DNA of 55,476 nt from Pseudomonadota bacterium. Lineage in GTDB: Bacteria; Pseudomonadota; Alphaproteobacteria; Micropepsales; Micropepsaceae. The notes below the pieces were generated by a model, which had not been told where the DNA came from, searched no databases, and worked only from the letters and a program-made list of their open reading frames with translations. Location of the stretch: assembly GCA_029778105.1 (NCBI GenBank), contig JAKOQZ010000011.1, forward strand, positions 1 through 55,476. The letters run 5' to 3'. Made by a program: the position numbers and the translations under genes. Of the stretch, positions 28,373 through 39,294 are shown in pieces (within the stretch, counting starts at the first letter, position 1; the number at the start of each line of letters is the position of its first letter).

Positions 28373-29485
28373 CTAAAGGTCGTGACCGGCCTTGACGCGC
28401 TTGGTCTGCAAATATTGCGCGTTGTGACGGTTGGGCGGGAAGGCGTGGTGGACGCGCTCGGTCACCGTGATGCCGTGGGCGGCGAGCTGGGCGACCTTGT
28501 CGGGGTTGTTGGTCAGAAGCCGCACCGAGGTGAAGCCGAGAATCTGCAGCATCGTCGCGGCGGGCAGGAAGAGCCGTTCGTCGGCATCGAAGCCGAGGCG
28601 CTCGTTCGCTTCGATCGTGTCGAAGCCCTGGTCCTGAAGCTGATAGGCGCGCAGTTTGTTCATCAGGCCGATGCCCCGGCCTTCCTGCGCCAGATAGAGC
28701 AGCACGCCGCCGCCGTGTTCGGCGATGGTGCGGATGGCGCCGCGCAGCTGGTCGCCGCAATCGCATTTCAGCGAGCCGACGAGATCGCCGGTGAAGCATT
28801 CCGAATGCAGGCGGGCGAGCACCGGACCGGGCGGCGCGGGCGGATTGCCGTCCTTGTCGCCGATCAGGAAGGCGAGATGTTCGGGGCCGCCATCGCTGGC
28901 GCGGAAGGCGACGATGGAGGTGTGCTCGGCCCCCGCCAGCGGCACGCGGGCCTGAGAGACGGCCTTCAGGCTGCGGGCCGCTGTTTCGTCATAGGCGGCA
29001 ATGGATTCGGCCCCGACACGTTCCAGCCGTTGCGTCTCTTCCAGCGTGTGCGCGGCATCGCGGGAGAGGCCGGTCGCCGCGAGGGCAGGGAGCAATCCGG
29101 CAAGTTTGGCGAGCTTCACGCCGGCCTGATAGCCCTCGGGCAGCGTCTGGCGGAGGGCGGTAAACGGGCCGGCGAGCGGGCTGGCGAGATCGTTGGTCGG
29201 GTCCGCGAGGGTGCGCAGGCGCGCCAGCGGGTCGTCGGCGCCGAGGTCCAGAGCCACGACACCGTCGGTATAGAGCCGGGCCTTCAGGGTCATGGCGCGA
29301 GCGTGGGTGATGACGCCGTGGACCGGATTGCCCGATCCGGTCAAAGCGGCGAGGCGGGTGCGTGTCGCAGTCTCGGCGGCGAGGATGAGGACCGGGCTCC
29401 CGTCGGGTCCGTCGACGAGCACGGGCTCACCCCGGCGCAGGGCTGCAGCGGCGCGTTCGACGGCATTCAGAAGGACGAAACTCAT
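28373..29485 (-). CDS. ribA: GTP cyclohydrolase II with degenerate N-terminal RibB-like domain
   Basis: RLHSECFTGD..GSLKCDCG, QEGRGIGL.NK and LLTNNPDK motifs. Confidence 0.93.
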   Translation of the reverse strand: MSFVLLNAVERAAAALRRGEPVLVDGPDGSPVLILAAETATRTRLAALTGSGNPVHGVITHARAMTLKARLYTDGVVALDLGADDPLARLRTLADPTNDLASPLAGPFTALRQTLPEGYQAGVKLAKLAGLLPALAATGLSRDAAHTLEETQRLERVGAESIAAYDETAARSLKAVSQARVPLAGAEHTSIVAFRASDGGPEHLAFLIGDKDGNPPAPPGPVLARLHSECFTGDLVGSLKCDCGDQLRGAIRTIAEHGGGVLLYLAQEGRGIGLMNKLRAYQLQDQGFDTIEANERLGFDADERLFLPAATMLQILGFTSVRLLTNNPDKVAQLAAHGITVTERVHHAFPPNRHNAQYLQTKRVKAGHDL

Positions 29486-29618
29486 GGATTTGGTCCGGTC
29501 GCCAATGGAGCGCCTGTCACAGTTTGCCGGGGGCTTTGCCTATAAGATAGAACGTCTTGTCACAATGCCGGGCCGCGTCAGCCGTCCGGCCTCGCAGCCG
29601 CCGGAAGCCCATATCTCC

Positions 29619-30302
29619 ATGAGCGCAAAGCGCCGCCTCCTTCTCGTCGATGACGACAAAGACCTGCGTGAGGCCCTGGCCGAACAACTGGTCCTGACCG
29701 GCGAGTTCGAAACCGAGGAGGCCCAGACGGGCGCGGCGGGCGTGGAAAAGGCGAAAGAGGGCGGCTTCGATCTGATCCTTCTGGATGTGGGCCTGCCCGA
29801 CATCGACGGCCGCGAAGCCTGCCGGTTGATGCGCAAGGCGGGTGTGAAGACGCCGATCGTCATGCTGACCGGAGCTGGCGAGGAGGCCGACCAGGTTCAA
29901 GGCTTGGAGGCCGGCGCGAATGACTATGTGACCAAGCCCTTCCGCTTCGCCGTGCTGCTGGCCAGGGTGCGCGCCCATCTTCGCAGCCACGAGCAGAGCG
30001 AAGATGCGACCTTTGCGGTCGGACCCTACACGTTCAAGCCGGCGGCGAAGCTGCTGGTGACGGCGGCGAACAAGAAGGTGCGCCTGACCGAGAAGGAAAC
30101 GGCGATCCTCAAATATCTCTATCGCCAGGGCAAAGCCGTGGCGCGCGAAACGCTGCTGCACGAGGTGTGGGGCTATAACCCGGCGGTGACGACGCACACG
30201 CTTGAGACCCACATCTATCGCCTGCGCCAGAAAATCGAGCCCGATCCCGGCAAGGCTTCGCTGATCGTCACCGAGAGTGGCGGATACAGGCTGGCGCCGT
30301 GA
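29619..30302 (+). CDS. cenR: OmpR-family response regulator, CenR/OtpR-like (no kinase in window)
   Basis: Receiver LLDVGLPD, GANDYVTKPF, LTEKE..ILKYLY and VWGYN..VTTHTLETHIYRLRQKIE motifs; origin-proximal next to ribA and the L,D-transpeptidase. Confidence 0.75.
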   Translation: MSAKRRLLLVDDDKDLREALAEQLVLTGEFETEEAQTGAAGVEKAKEGGFDLILLDVGLPDIDGREACRLMRKAGVKTPIVMLTGAGEEADQVQGLEAGANDYVTKPFRFAVLLARVRAHLRSHEQSEDATFAVGPYTFKPAAKLLVTAANKKVRLTEKETAILKYLYRQGKAVARETLLHEVWGYNPAVTTHTLETHIYRLRQKIEPDPGKASLIVTESGGYRLAP

Positions 30303-31198
30303 GTGACGTTTCCGCCCCTGCCGGACGCGCCCGAATGACGGACGATTTCCTCATCCGCTTCTGGGGCGTGCGTGGCTCGATCGCCTGCGGCGGTCCCGAT
30401 TATGCGATCTATGGCGGCAATACATCATGCCTTGAAGTGCGGGTCGGCGGGCATGTGCTGATCTTCGATGGCGGCACGGGCATCCGCCCCCTGGGCGAAG
30501 CGCTGATGCGCGAGGGCGCGATCACGTCGGCGATCTATCTGTCGCACACGCATTTCGATCATATTTGCGGCCTGCCGTTTTTCGGGCCGTTGTTCGATCC
30601 CAAGAACCATTTCGACATATGGTCGGGCCATCTCGACTGGCCGTTGACGACGCGTGACGCCGTCGCCTCGCTGATGTCGGCGCCGGTGCTGCCCATCGAT
30701 CCCGATATCTTCCAGGCCGAGGTCAACTTCCGTGACTTCAAGTCGGGACAGACACTTTATCCGGCCGATGGAATCACGCTGAAGACAACGGCGCTGAACC
30801 ACCCGAACGGCGCGACCGGCTATCGCATCGAACATGCCGGGCGGTCGGCCTGCTACATCACGGATCTGGAGCATGAAGGCGCCGAGCCCGATCCCGCGCT
30901 GGTCGAATTCGTCCTCGGCACGGATATCCTGATCTACGACGCCTCCTATACGGAGCAGGAATATGCCCAGCGCCGGGGCTTTGGCCATTCCACCTGGAAT
31001 GCGGGCCTCGCTTTGGCCAAAGCGGCTCGTGTGGGGCTTTACGTGCCTTTCCATCACGACCCGGGCCATACCGACCCGATCATGGCCAAGCTGGAGGCAG
31101 AGGCGGTTCTGGCGGCCGAGAAGGTCGGTGTCGCGTGCCGTTTCGCGCGCGAACGCATGGAACTGGTGCCCGGACGGACCGAGCCGGTCCCGGCCTGA
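30299..31198 (+). CDS. MBL-fold metallo-hydrolase (RNase Z/phosphodiesterase-like); alternative start 30335
   Basis: FWGVRGS, YGGNTSC, HTHFDH, HPNG, TDLEH, GHST and FHHDP motifs. Confidence 0.88.
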   Translation: MSDVSAPAGRARMTDDFLIRFWGVRGSIACGGPDYAIYGGNTSCLEVRVGGHVLIFDGGTGIRPLGEALMREGAITSAIYLSHTHFDHICGLPFFGPLFDPKNHFDIWSGHLDWPLTTRDAVASLMSAPVLPIDPDIFQAEVNFRDFKSGQTLYPADGITLKTTALNHPNGATGYRIEHAGRSACYITDLEHEGAEPDPALVEFVLGTDILIYDASYTEQEYAQRRGFGHSTWNAGLALAKAARVGLYVPFHHDPGHTDPIMAKLEAEAVLAAEKVGVACRFARERMELVPGRTEPVPA

Positions 31199-31221
31199 TC
31201 ACGCATAACATTGCCTGGGGA

Positions 31222-31237
31222 TGTGATCCGGGTCACC
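31222..31237 (+). promoter_or_regulatory. TGTGA-N6-TCAC palindrome (CRP/FNR-type box) upstream of the DUF2807 gene
   Basis: TGTGA-TCCGGG-TCACC; a tgC-CAAGGT -10-like element begins 21 nt downstream. Confidence 0.45.
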
Positions 31238-31308
31238 GCTCACAAGCCCCGCTCGTGCCAAGGTTTGATGACACAACGGGCTAGGGGCGCCTTCGGATGG
31301 AGAGTTCT

Positions 31309-32205
31309 ATGCGCAAAAGCCGTCTTTTTGCCGCCGCCGCGCCGCTGGCCCTGCTCGGGTCGGTCGCGCTGGCCGAGGATCAGACGGTGACGCAGAGCTT
31401 CCAGGCCAAGCGGGTCCAGATCGACGCGCTCGCGGGCAATCTCAAAGTCATTGTCGCCCGCGACAAACCCTCCATCGACGTGACGCTCTCGGGCTCGTCC
31501 GAGATGATCCAGAAGATCCGCCTCTCTACCTCCGGCGACGCGATGGTGATGTCGATGGACGGCGTGGAAGGCGACTGGTGGGACGACATGTGGGACTGGA
31601 GCTCGGTCTCGCCCGAGGACCTCAACGTCACCATCACCGTCGCCACCGGCACGCCGGTGCGGGTGGACAACTATATCGGCGATGCCGACATCGGCGATAT
31701 CGAAGCGGCGCTGAAGATGAACACCAGCGGCGGCCAGGTGCGTGCCGGCCGCGTGACCGACGCCGACGTGTCGATCGCAGGGTCGGATGATATCGCGCTT
31801 GGCGCTGTGTCGGGCGAGCTGGATGCCTCGATCGCCGGCTCGGGCAGCGTGACCACCGGCGACACGCGCTCCGCCGATGTCGAAATCGCCGGCGGCGGCG
31901 AAGTGAAGGTCGGGGCCGTGAGCGGCGATTTCGATGTCGATATCGCCGGCTCGGGCGAGGTCTACGCCCTGTCGGTGAACGGCAAGGTGAATATCGACGT
32001 CGCCGGTTCGGGCGATGTGAAGATCGACGGGGGCGTCGCCGATCCGTTCAAGGTGGATATTGCAGGCTCCGGCGACGTGCGCTTCGGCGGCACGGCGAAC
32101 AATCCGGACGTTTCGGTGATGGGCTCGGGCGATGTGTGGATCGCCGCCTATACCGGCACGCTGTCGAGCGACGGCGCAGACATCAAGATCGGCAAGGCGG
32201 AGTAG
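31309..32205 (+). CDS. Exported DUF2807/GIN-domain beta-solenoid protein
   Basis: Signal peptide; repeated (I/V)AGSG(D/E/S)V units with about 19-aa period. Confidence 0.82.
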   Translation: MRKSRLFAAAAPLALLGSVALAEDQTVTQSFQAKRVQIDALAGNLKVIVARDKPSIDVTLSGSSEMIQKIRLSTSGDAMVMSMDGVEGDWWDDMWDWSSVSPEDLNVTITVATGTPVRVDNYIGDADIGDIEAALKMNTSGGQVRAGRVTDADVSIAGSDDIALGAVSGELDASIAGSGSVTTGDTRSADVEIAGGGEVKVGAVSGDFDVDIAGSGEVYALSVNGKVNIDVAGSGDVKIDGGVADPFKVDIAGSGDVRFGGTANNPDVSVMGSGDVWIAAYTGTLSSDGADIKIGKAE

Positions 32206-32230
32206 GCTTCGCGCCTTAGACCGAGTTGAG

Positions 32231-32257
32231 AAAGGCCCCGCTTCGGCGGGGCCTTTT
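32231..32257. terminator. Rho-independent terminator, probably bidirectional
   Basis: AAAGGCCCCGC-TTCG-GCGGGGCCTTTT. Confidence 0.85.
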
Positions 32258-32299
32258 CGTTTGCGCAGATGTGGTGTGGCAGGAGGCGCCGTCTGTCAG

Positions 32300-32505
32300 G
32301 CCATTCCGGCCTTCGGCCTCCCTCCCCTGCCACGGGAGGGCCTCGACCCTGAATTCAGTCGCGTGATGCTCCGCGCTTTAGGCCTCAACCCGCCGGTGAA
32401 AGCTCGGCGACGGCCGGGAAAGTGGGCGGGCAGCATGAGGTGCGTTTCCCCTCAGCTGCCTCAGGCATGGGTCCCCGGGTTCCGCTGCGCGGCCCCGAGG
32501 ATGAC
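32300..32505. repeat. Bipartite REP-like palindromic element
   Basis: Left arm GCCATTCCGGCCTT...GACCCTGAATTCA and right arm ATGGGTCCCCGGGTTCCGCTGCGCGGCCCCGAGGATGAC resemble alphaproteobacterial GTCAT...ATGAC repeats. Confidence 0.55.
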
Positions 32506-32552
32506 AGGATGGGACGCAAGCGCCTCTGGTTCGGCCGCGCGACGGTGGCAGC

Positions 32553-33749
<1,197 letters not shown>

Positions 33750-33753
33750 GACG

Positions 33754-34959
33754 CTACTCGAAACGCAACGCGTCGATCGGGTTCATCCGAGCGGCGCGGC
33801 GCGCCGGGAAGAAGCCGAAACCGATGCCGATCAGAGCCGAGAACAGGGTCGCGCCGACAATGAGGGGCGCCGAGGGCAGAAAGGCCCAGCCCAGTGCGCC
33901 CGTGACGAGGAAGGCGATGCCCAGACCCAGCGCGACGCCGACCAGCCCACCGAGCACCGCCAAGGCCATCGCCTCGATCAGGAACTGAGCCAGGACGTCA
34001 CGCTCCTGCGCGCCGATGGCGAGGCGGATGCCGATCTCGCGCGTGCGCTCAGTGACGCTCACCAGCATAATGTTCATGATGCCGATCCCGCCGACGATCA
34101 GCGAGATGAAAGCGACCGCGGAGACGAACATCGTGATGTAGCCGAGAACCTCGGACGATTCCTCGCCGAACGAAGAAACGTCCTGCATCGTGAAGTCGTC
34201 CGGCTTGCCCTCGGGGATGTTGCGCAGACCGCGCAGGACATTGCGGGCGTTCTCCATCATCGGGGCGACATCGCCCTTGCTCCCGGCCATCAGCTGGAGC
34301 GTGTTGATCCAGTCATCGCCGGTGAAGCGGCGCTGATAGGCCCGGAGCGGCACGATGATGCGGTCGTCTTCGTCGTCGCCGAAAGTGGACGCACCCTTGG
34401 GTTTGAGAAGACCGACCACCTCGCAGGAGACGCCGTCGACGCGGATGCGCTGGCCGACCGGATCGAGCGATCCGAACAGTTTTTCCCGCACCGTCTTGCC
34501 CATCACGCAGACCAGACGGCCGGCGTCGGATTCGGCTTCAGAGAAAAAACGCCCGCCATCCAGCGCCCAGAGGCGGATGTCGAAATAGTCGGGCGTGGTG
34601 CCGATAATCGTGGTGCGCGTATCGAGATTTCCGAACTTGACGGTGGTGCCGCCGCCGACAGACGGCGCGATCTTCACGACCTGCGGCACGGTGCGGCGCA
34701 CGAGATCGAGATCGCGCCAGGTGAACTTCTTGGCGTCGCGCTGCGGTCCGCGCTGGCCGTCGGCGCCGGGCCAGATCCAGACCAGGTTCTGGCCGATCGA
34801 AGCGAACTCGCGATTGACCGACGACGATACGCCCGCGCCGATGGTGAGCAGCGCGATGACAGCGCTGACGCCGATGATCATGCCGAGGCATGTCAGGAAC
34901 GTGCGCATCTTGTTGGCCCAGAGCTCGCGCAGCGCCAGTCTGAGGCCGGCGAAGATCAT
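33754..34959 (-). CDS. MacB/FtsX-family ABC permease (paralog)
   Basis: Same motifs as the adjacent permease. Confidence 0.92.
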   Translation of the reverse strand: MIFAGLRLALRELWANKMRTFLTCLGMIIGVSAVIALLTIGAGVSSSVNREFASIGQNLVWIWPGADGQRGPQRDAKKFTWRDLDLVRRTVPQVVKIAPSVGGGTTVKFGNLDTRTTIIGTTPDYFDIRLWALDGGRFFSEAESDAGRLVCVMGKTVREKLFGSLDPVGQRIRVDGVSCEVVGLLKPKGASTFGDDEDDRIIVPLRAYQRRFTGDDWINTLQLMAGSKGDVAPMMENARNVLRGLRNIPEGKPDDFTMQDVSSFGEESSEVLGYITMFVSAVAFISLIVGGIGIMNIMLVSVTERTREIGIRLAIGAQERDVLAQFLIEAMALAVLGGLVGVALGLGIAFLVTGALGWAFLPSAPLIVGATLFSALIGIGFGFFPARRAARMNPIDALRFE

Positions 34960-35699
34960 GACTGCGCAGCTTCCATCTGGGCCTCAAGCTCGGCCTTGGT
35001 GGTCGGCGGGCCGTCATAGGCGATCTTACCGTCCTTGAAGCGGATGTGGCGCTTGGTATAGGCGGCGACGTCGTCTTCGTGCGTCACGAGAATGATGGTG
35101 ATGCCGCGCTTCTCGTTGAGATCGCGGAAGAGACGCATGATCTCGTGCGTGCGCTGGCTGTCGAGATTGCCGGTCGGCTCGTCGGCCAGCATCACGGCCG
35201 GACTGGTGACGAGGGCGCGGGCGATGGCGACGCGCTGCTGCTGGCCGCCCGACAGCTCGGACGAGGTGTGGTCCATGCGCTCGGCGAGGCCGACAAGGCC
35301 CAGCGCCTCTTTGGACAGTCGGTGGCGCTCGCTGGCCGAGGTGCCGCGATAGACGAGGGGCAGCTCGACATTCTCCTGCGCGGTGGTGCGCTTCAGCAGG
35401 TTGAAGCCCTGAAAGACGAAGCCGAGATAATTCTGGCGGAGCAGCGCGCGCTGCTTTCGGTCCAGCGTTTCGACCGGCACGCCCATGAAGTCATAGGTGC
35501 CGGAGCTGGGCACATCGAGACAGCCCAGAATATTCAGCGTCGTCGACTTGCCGGAGCCCGAGGCGCCCATGACCGCCACGAACTCACCCGGCCAGATCTC
35601 GAAGTCGACGCCGTTCAGCGCGCGCACTTCCGTGTCGCCATGGCCGTAGACCTTGGTGACATTGCGGAAGGCGAGGACCGGGCCTTTGTGTTCGCTCAT
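34956..35699 (-). CDS. ABC ATPase, LolD/MacB type
   Basis: [33 protein letters not shown] and VTH motifs. Confidence 0.95.
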   Translation of the reverse strand: MSEHKGPVLAFRNVTKVYGHGDTEVRALNGVDFEIWPGEFVAVMGASGSGKSTTLNILGCLDVPSSGTYDFMGVPVETLDRKQRALLRQNYLGFVFQGFNLLKRTTAQENVELPLVYRGTSASERHRLSKEALGLVGLAERMDHTSSELSGGQQQRVAIARALVTSPAVMLADEPTGNLDSQRTHEIMRLFRDLNEKRGITIILVTHEDDVAAYTKRHIRFKDGKIAYDGPPTTKAELEAQMEAAQS

Positions 35700-35710
35700 A
35701 TCCTCAGACC

Positions 35711-36988
35711 TCAGCCCTGCGCCCCGGACCCGGCGCGCTCGACATCGGTCAGCACTTCGTCGCCTTCCTTGATCTCGCCTTCGAGAATCTCGGTGGTGAC
35801 GCCATCGGTGACGCCGATCTTGACCTTGCGCTCGACCGGCTGGCCGTCATCGCCCTTCACGAACACGCGGCCGGCCGAAGGATCGCGGGGCGCGTTGGCG
35901 GCGGCGGCGTCGGCCGCGTTGCTTTCGGCTGTCGCCTCTTTCATCGCGACCGACTGCGGCACGAAGCGCAACGCGGCATTGGGCACGAGCAGCGCGGATT
36001 CCACGGTCTTCACCGTGACTTCGGCAGTGGCTGTCATGCCGGGTTTCAGCAGGCCGCTTTCGTTATTCACGCTGAGCTCGCCCTGATAGACCACGACGCC
36101 CTGCGAAGAGGCCGTCGTCTCCGACTTCTTGGGCGCGTTGCGCATTGAGCGGATCTGGGCCTCGAATGTGCGGTTGGGGAAGGCGTCGACGGTGAAATTG
36201 GCGCTCTGGCCCTCCTGCACCTGGCCGACATCGGCCTCGTCGATATCGGCGAGCAGTTCGAGCTTGTTGATGTCCGATGCCAGCGTGAACAGAACCGGCG
36301 TCTGGAACGAGGCCGCGACGGTCTGACCCTCTTCGACGCTGCGATAGAGAACGATGCCGTCGATCGGCGCGCGAATGACCGCCTTGCTGATGTCGCTGAC
36401 CGCGACCTGGAGATTGGCTTCCTGAATGGCGACCTGCGCTTTGGCGACTTCCAGCGAGGCGGCGGCGCGGTCGAAAGTCGACTGGGCGGTATCGAGATCC
36501 TGCTGCGAGACGTTGCGGCTCTTGGCCAGATCGCGCACCCGCGACAGGCGGCGCTGCGCATCGGACATCGCGGCCTCGGCTTCCTTGACGCCGGCTTTGG
36601 CGGCGGCGAGCTGGGCCTCGGTCTGCACACGGCGGGCTTCCAGCTGGGTCGTGTCGATCTGGGCGAGCACGTCGCCCTTCTTCACCGCCGAGTTGAAATC
36701 GACCTTCACCTCGACGACACGGCCGGAAACCTCGGCGCCGACATCGACCTGATCGACCGGCTGCAACGTGCCGGTGGCAGTGACCTTGACCGATAGCGGG
36801 CCGCGCTTCACCGCTTCGGCTTTATAGCCGACGGGACCGCCGTCGCCGCCGGAGAACACCATCACAAGGATCGCCAGAATGGCGACCGCGCCGCCCAGCC
36901 AGATGAACGCCTTCTTTCGGCCGGACATCTTCTTCTTGCCGACGCCAAGCGTCTTCTCGATGCCTTTCGGCGCAGTCATGTCGTTCAT
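35711..36988 (-). CDS. MacA-like periplasmic adaptor (membrane fusion protein)
   Basis: N-terminal TM segment, ATGTLQP..QVDVGAEVSG, IRAPIDG, GQTVAASFQTP and LKPGMTA motifs. Confidence 0.92.
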   Translation of the reverse strand: MNDMTAPKGIEKTLGVGKKKMSGRKKAFIWLGGAVAILAILVMVFSGGDGGPVGYKAEAVKRGPLSVKVTATGTLQPVDQVDVGAEVSGRVVEVKVDFNSAVKKGDVLAQIDTTQLEARRVQTEAQLAAAKAGVKEAEAAMSDAQRRLSRVRDLAKSRNVSQQDLDTAQSTFDRAAASLEVAKAQVAIQEANLQVAVSDISKAVIRAPIDGIVLYRSVEEGQTVAASFQTPVLFTLASDINKLELLADIDEADVGQVQEGQSANFTVDAFPNRTFEAQIRSMRNAPKKSETTASSQGVVVYQGELSVNNESGLLKPGMTATAEVTVKTVESALLVPNAALRFVPQSVAMKEATAESNAADAAAANAPRDPSAGRVFVKGDDGQPVERKVKIGVTDGVTTEILEGEIKEGDEVLTDVERAGSGAQG

Positions 36989-37061
36989 GGATAAGGTCCC
37001 CGCTGCGCCCCCGGCAGCGTTTCGTGCGGGCTTATACCTATGCTGACGAGCGATTTCAGTC

Positions 37062-37077
37062 CGTGACCAGGGTCACA
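37062..37077 (-). promoter_or_regulatory. TGTGA-N6-TCAC palindrome upstream of the MacAB-type operon
   Basis: Minus strand TGTGA-CCCTGG-TCACG; a TAGGTA -10-like element begins 21 nt downstream. Confidence 0.45.
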
Positions 37078-37092
37078 GTGACGTGAAGCCGA

Positions 37093-38265
37093 TCAGGTCT
37101 GAGCCCGATAAGGGTCGGCTGCGTCGCGCAGGCCATCGCCAAGGAAATTGAACGCGAGCACGGTGAGCACCACCGGAATCACAGGCAGAAGCAGCCAGGG
37201 CGTGACCGACAGCGCGGCGTAGCTTTGGGCGGCATTGAGCAGGGAACCCCAGCTGACCTGCGGATCGCGGATGCCCAGTCCGAGGAACGAGAGCGCGGTC
37301 TCGCCGAGAATCATCGCCGGAATCGCCAGCGTCACGCTGGCGATGAGATGGCTGGAAAAATTGGGCAGCAGGTGGCGGAAGAGCACACGTCGCGGTTTTG
37401 CGCCCATCAGCACCGCGGCTGCAGCGTAATCTTCCTCGCGCAGCTGCATCACCTTGGCGCGTACGCCGAGCGCGAGGCCCGGCCAGTCGAGCAGGCCGAG
37501 AATGACGACGAGACCGCAGAAAACCAGAATGGGCGGCCAGTCGGCCGGGATGGCTGCGGAGAGAGCGAGCCACAGCGGAAGTTCCGGCATGGCGCGCAGC
37601 AATTCGACGAGCCGTAGGATCAGCCAGTCGGTCCAGCCGCCGAGATAGCCCGCCAGGCCGCCGAAGAGGACGCCCAAAACAAAGCTGATCGCGACGCCGA
37701 CGAGACCCACGGTCAGGGAGATCCGCGCGCCGTAGATCACCCGGCTGAAGACGTCGCGTCCGACCGTGTCGGTGCCGAAGAGAAAGAGGGTGCCGCCCTC
37801 GGCGGCGCAGAAGAGGCGCGTGCGGGCTTCGACAAGGCCGAGCAGGCGATACGGTTCGCCCTCGCAGAACCAGCGCAATTTCTGTGGCCGGGCGCGGTCT
37901 TCAGTATAGACGCGCCGGAAGGCTTCCAGGTCCACCGTCATGGCGGTCGGATAGGCGAACGGCGCTGTGAGGCCTTTCTCGCCCCAGATGCGTGCCAGCT
38001 GAGGGGGGTGGCTGATGGCGTCGGGGAAGCGCTGGTCGCGACCATAGGGCGCGATGAACTCGGCGAAGGGCACGATCACCAGATACATCAGCGCCAGCAG
38101 CCAGAAGGCGGCATAGGCCAGCCGCCGCCGCCGGAAACGCCGCCAGAACTGGCCGAAGGGCGAGCGCGCGTCGCCTGCGGCCGGCGGCAGCGCCGGCGGC
38201 GGAAAGGGTCGCTCGTCCACCACATGAGGCGGATCGCCGTCACGCAGGGGCCGCGCGCCGCTCAT
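37093..38265 (-). CDS. Opp/Dpp-type ABC permease (OppC-like)
   Basis: FGTDTVGRDVFSR..YGARISL, HLLPN, ETALSFLGLG and FNFLGDGLRDAADP motifs. Confidence 0.92.
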   Translation of the reverse strand: MSGARPLRDGDPPHVVDERPFPPPALPPAAGDARSPFGQFWRRFRRRRLAYAAFWLLALMYLVIVPFAEFIAPYGRDQRFPDAISHPPQLARIWGEKGLTAPFAYPTAMTVDLEAFRRVYTEDRARPQKLRWFCEGEPYRLLGLVEARTRLFCAAEGGTLFLFGTDTVGRDVFSRVIYGARISLTVGLVGVAISFVLGVLFGGLAGYLGGWTDWLILRLVELLRAMPELPLWLALSAAIPADWPPILVFCGLVVILGLLDWPGLALGVRAKVMQLREEDYAAAAVLMGAKPRRVLFRHLLPNFSSHLIASVTLAIPAMILGETALSFLGLGIRDPQVSWGSLLNAAQSYAALSVTPWLLLPVIPVVLTVLAFNFLGDGLRDAADPYRAQT

Positions 38266-39287
38266 GACTTTGCCCCCTTGCCCAGCCGCACGCGCGGGTC
38301 GAGCCAGGCGAGGATCAGGTCGGAAACCAGCATGCCGGCAAAGGTGAGGGCCGCGGTAAAGGTGAGGATGAAGGCGGCGAGGAAGGTGTCCTGTCCGCGC
38401 AGGGCGGCGAGCAGGACCGGGCCCACGGTCTGTAGATTGAGGACGACCGAGACGATCACCGATCCCGAAACCAGGCTGGGCAGAAGATTGCCGATATCGG
38501 CGACGAAGGGCGCGAAAGCGAGCCGGAGCGGATAGCGCGTCATCAGCCGTGTTTCGGAGATTCCGCGCGCCCGGGCGGCGGCGACATAGGGGCGGTTCAC
38601 CTCGTCGAGCAGATTGGCGCGCAGGCGGCGGATCATGATGCCGGCGGAACCCAGTGCGATGACGAGCGACGGGATCGCCAGATGCGCAGCGATGGAGGCG
38701 AGCTTCTCGCCCGACATCGGCGCGCCCTCGAAGCGCGGGTCCATGAGGCCGCCGATGGAGAGGCCGAACCAGGCCTGTCCGGTGACGAGCAGGACGAGCG
38801 CGAGCAGGAAGCTCGGGATCGCCAGACCGAGATAGGACAGCGTGGTCGCGCTGGTATCAAAGAGGCCGCCGGGTCGCCGCGCCGAGATGAGGCCGATGGG
38901 GAAGGCGATCAGATAGACAAGAAAGACCGTCGCGACATTCAGCAGCGCGGTGAGGCCGATGCGATCGCCGAGCACGTCGCCCACCGGCTTGTTGTAGAGA
39001 AACGACCAGCCCCAGTTGCCTTGCAGCAATCCATCGAACCCGTGCGGTCCGGGCATCAACCCCGCCCAGATGGCGTAACGGGCAAGGAAGGGCTCGTCGA
39101 AACTGAACTCGTCGCGCAGGAAGGCGATGCGCGCGGCCCCGGCGCCCTCGCCCTGGGCGACGAGTTCCTGCATTTCGTTGGAGAGGTAATCGCCGGGCGG
39201 CAATTCCACGACGGCGAAAATGAGCAGGCTGGCCGCAAGAAGCGCGGGGATGATCGCCAGAAGCCTCCAGACCGTATAGCGCAGCAT
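38262..39287 (-). CDS. Opp/Dpp-type ABC permease (OppB-like)
   Basis: LPPGD, P.FLLAL, HL.IP, R.NLLDE...PYV.AARARG and SDL.LAWLDPRVR motifs. Confidence 0.92.
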   Translation of the reverse strand: MLRYTVWRLLAIIPALLAASLLIFAVVELPPGDYLSNEMQELVAQGEGAGAARIAFLRDEFSFDEPFLARYAIWAGLMPGPHGFDGLLQGNWGWSFLYNKPVGDVLGDRIGLTALLNVATVFLVYLIAFPIGLISARRPGGLFDTSATTLSYLGLAIPSFLLALVLLVTGQAWFGLSIGGLMDPRFEGAPMSGEKLASIAAHLAIPSLVIALGSAGIMIRRLRANLLDEVNRPYVAAARARGISETRLMTRYPLRLAFAPFVADIGNLLPSLVSGSVIVSVVLNLQTVGPVLLAALRGQDTFLAAFILTFTAALTFAGMLVSDLILAWLDPRVRLGKGAKS

Positions 39288-39294
39288 CAGGGCG

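Noticed and set aside
31770-32135. About 57-bp periodic repeats (ATCGCCGGCTCGGGC-like) suggestive of a CRISPR array
   Set aside because: They are in-frame codons for IAGSG repeats of the DUF2807 protein, vary at synonymous sites, and no cas genes are present.
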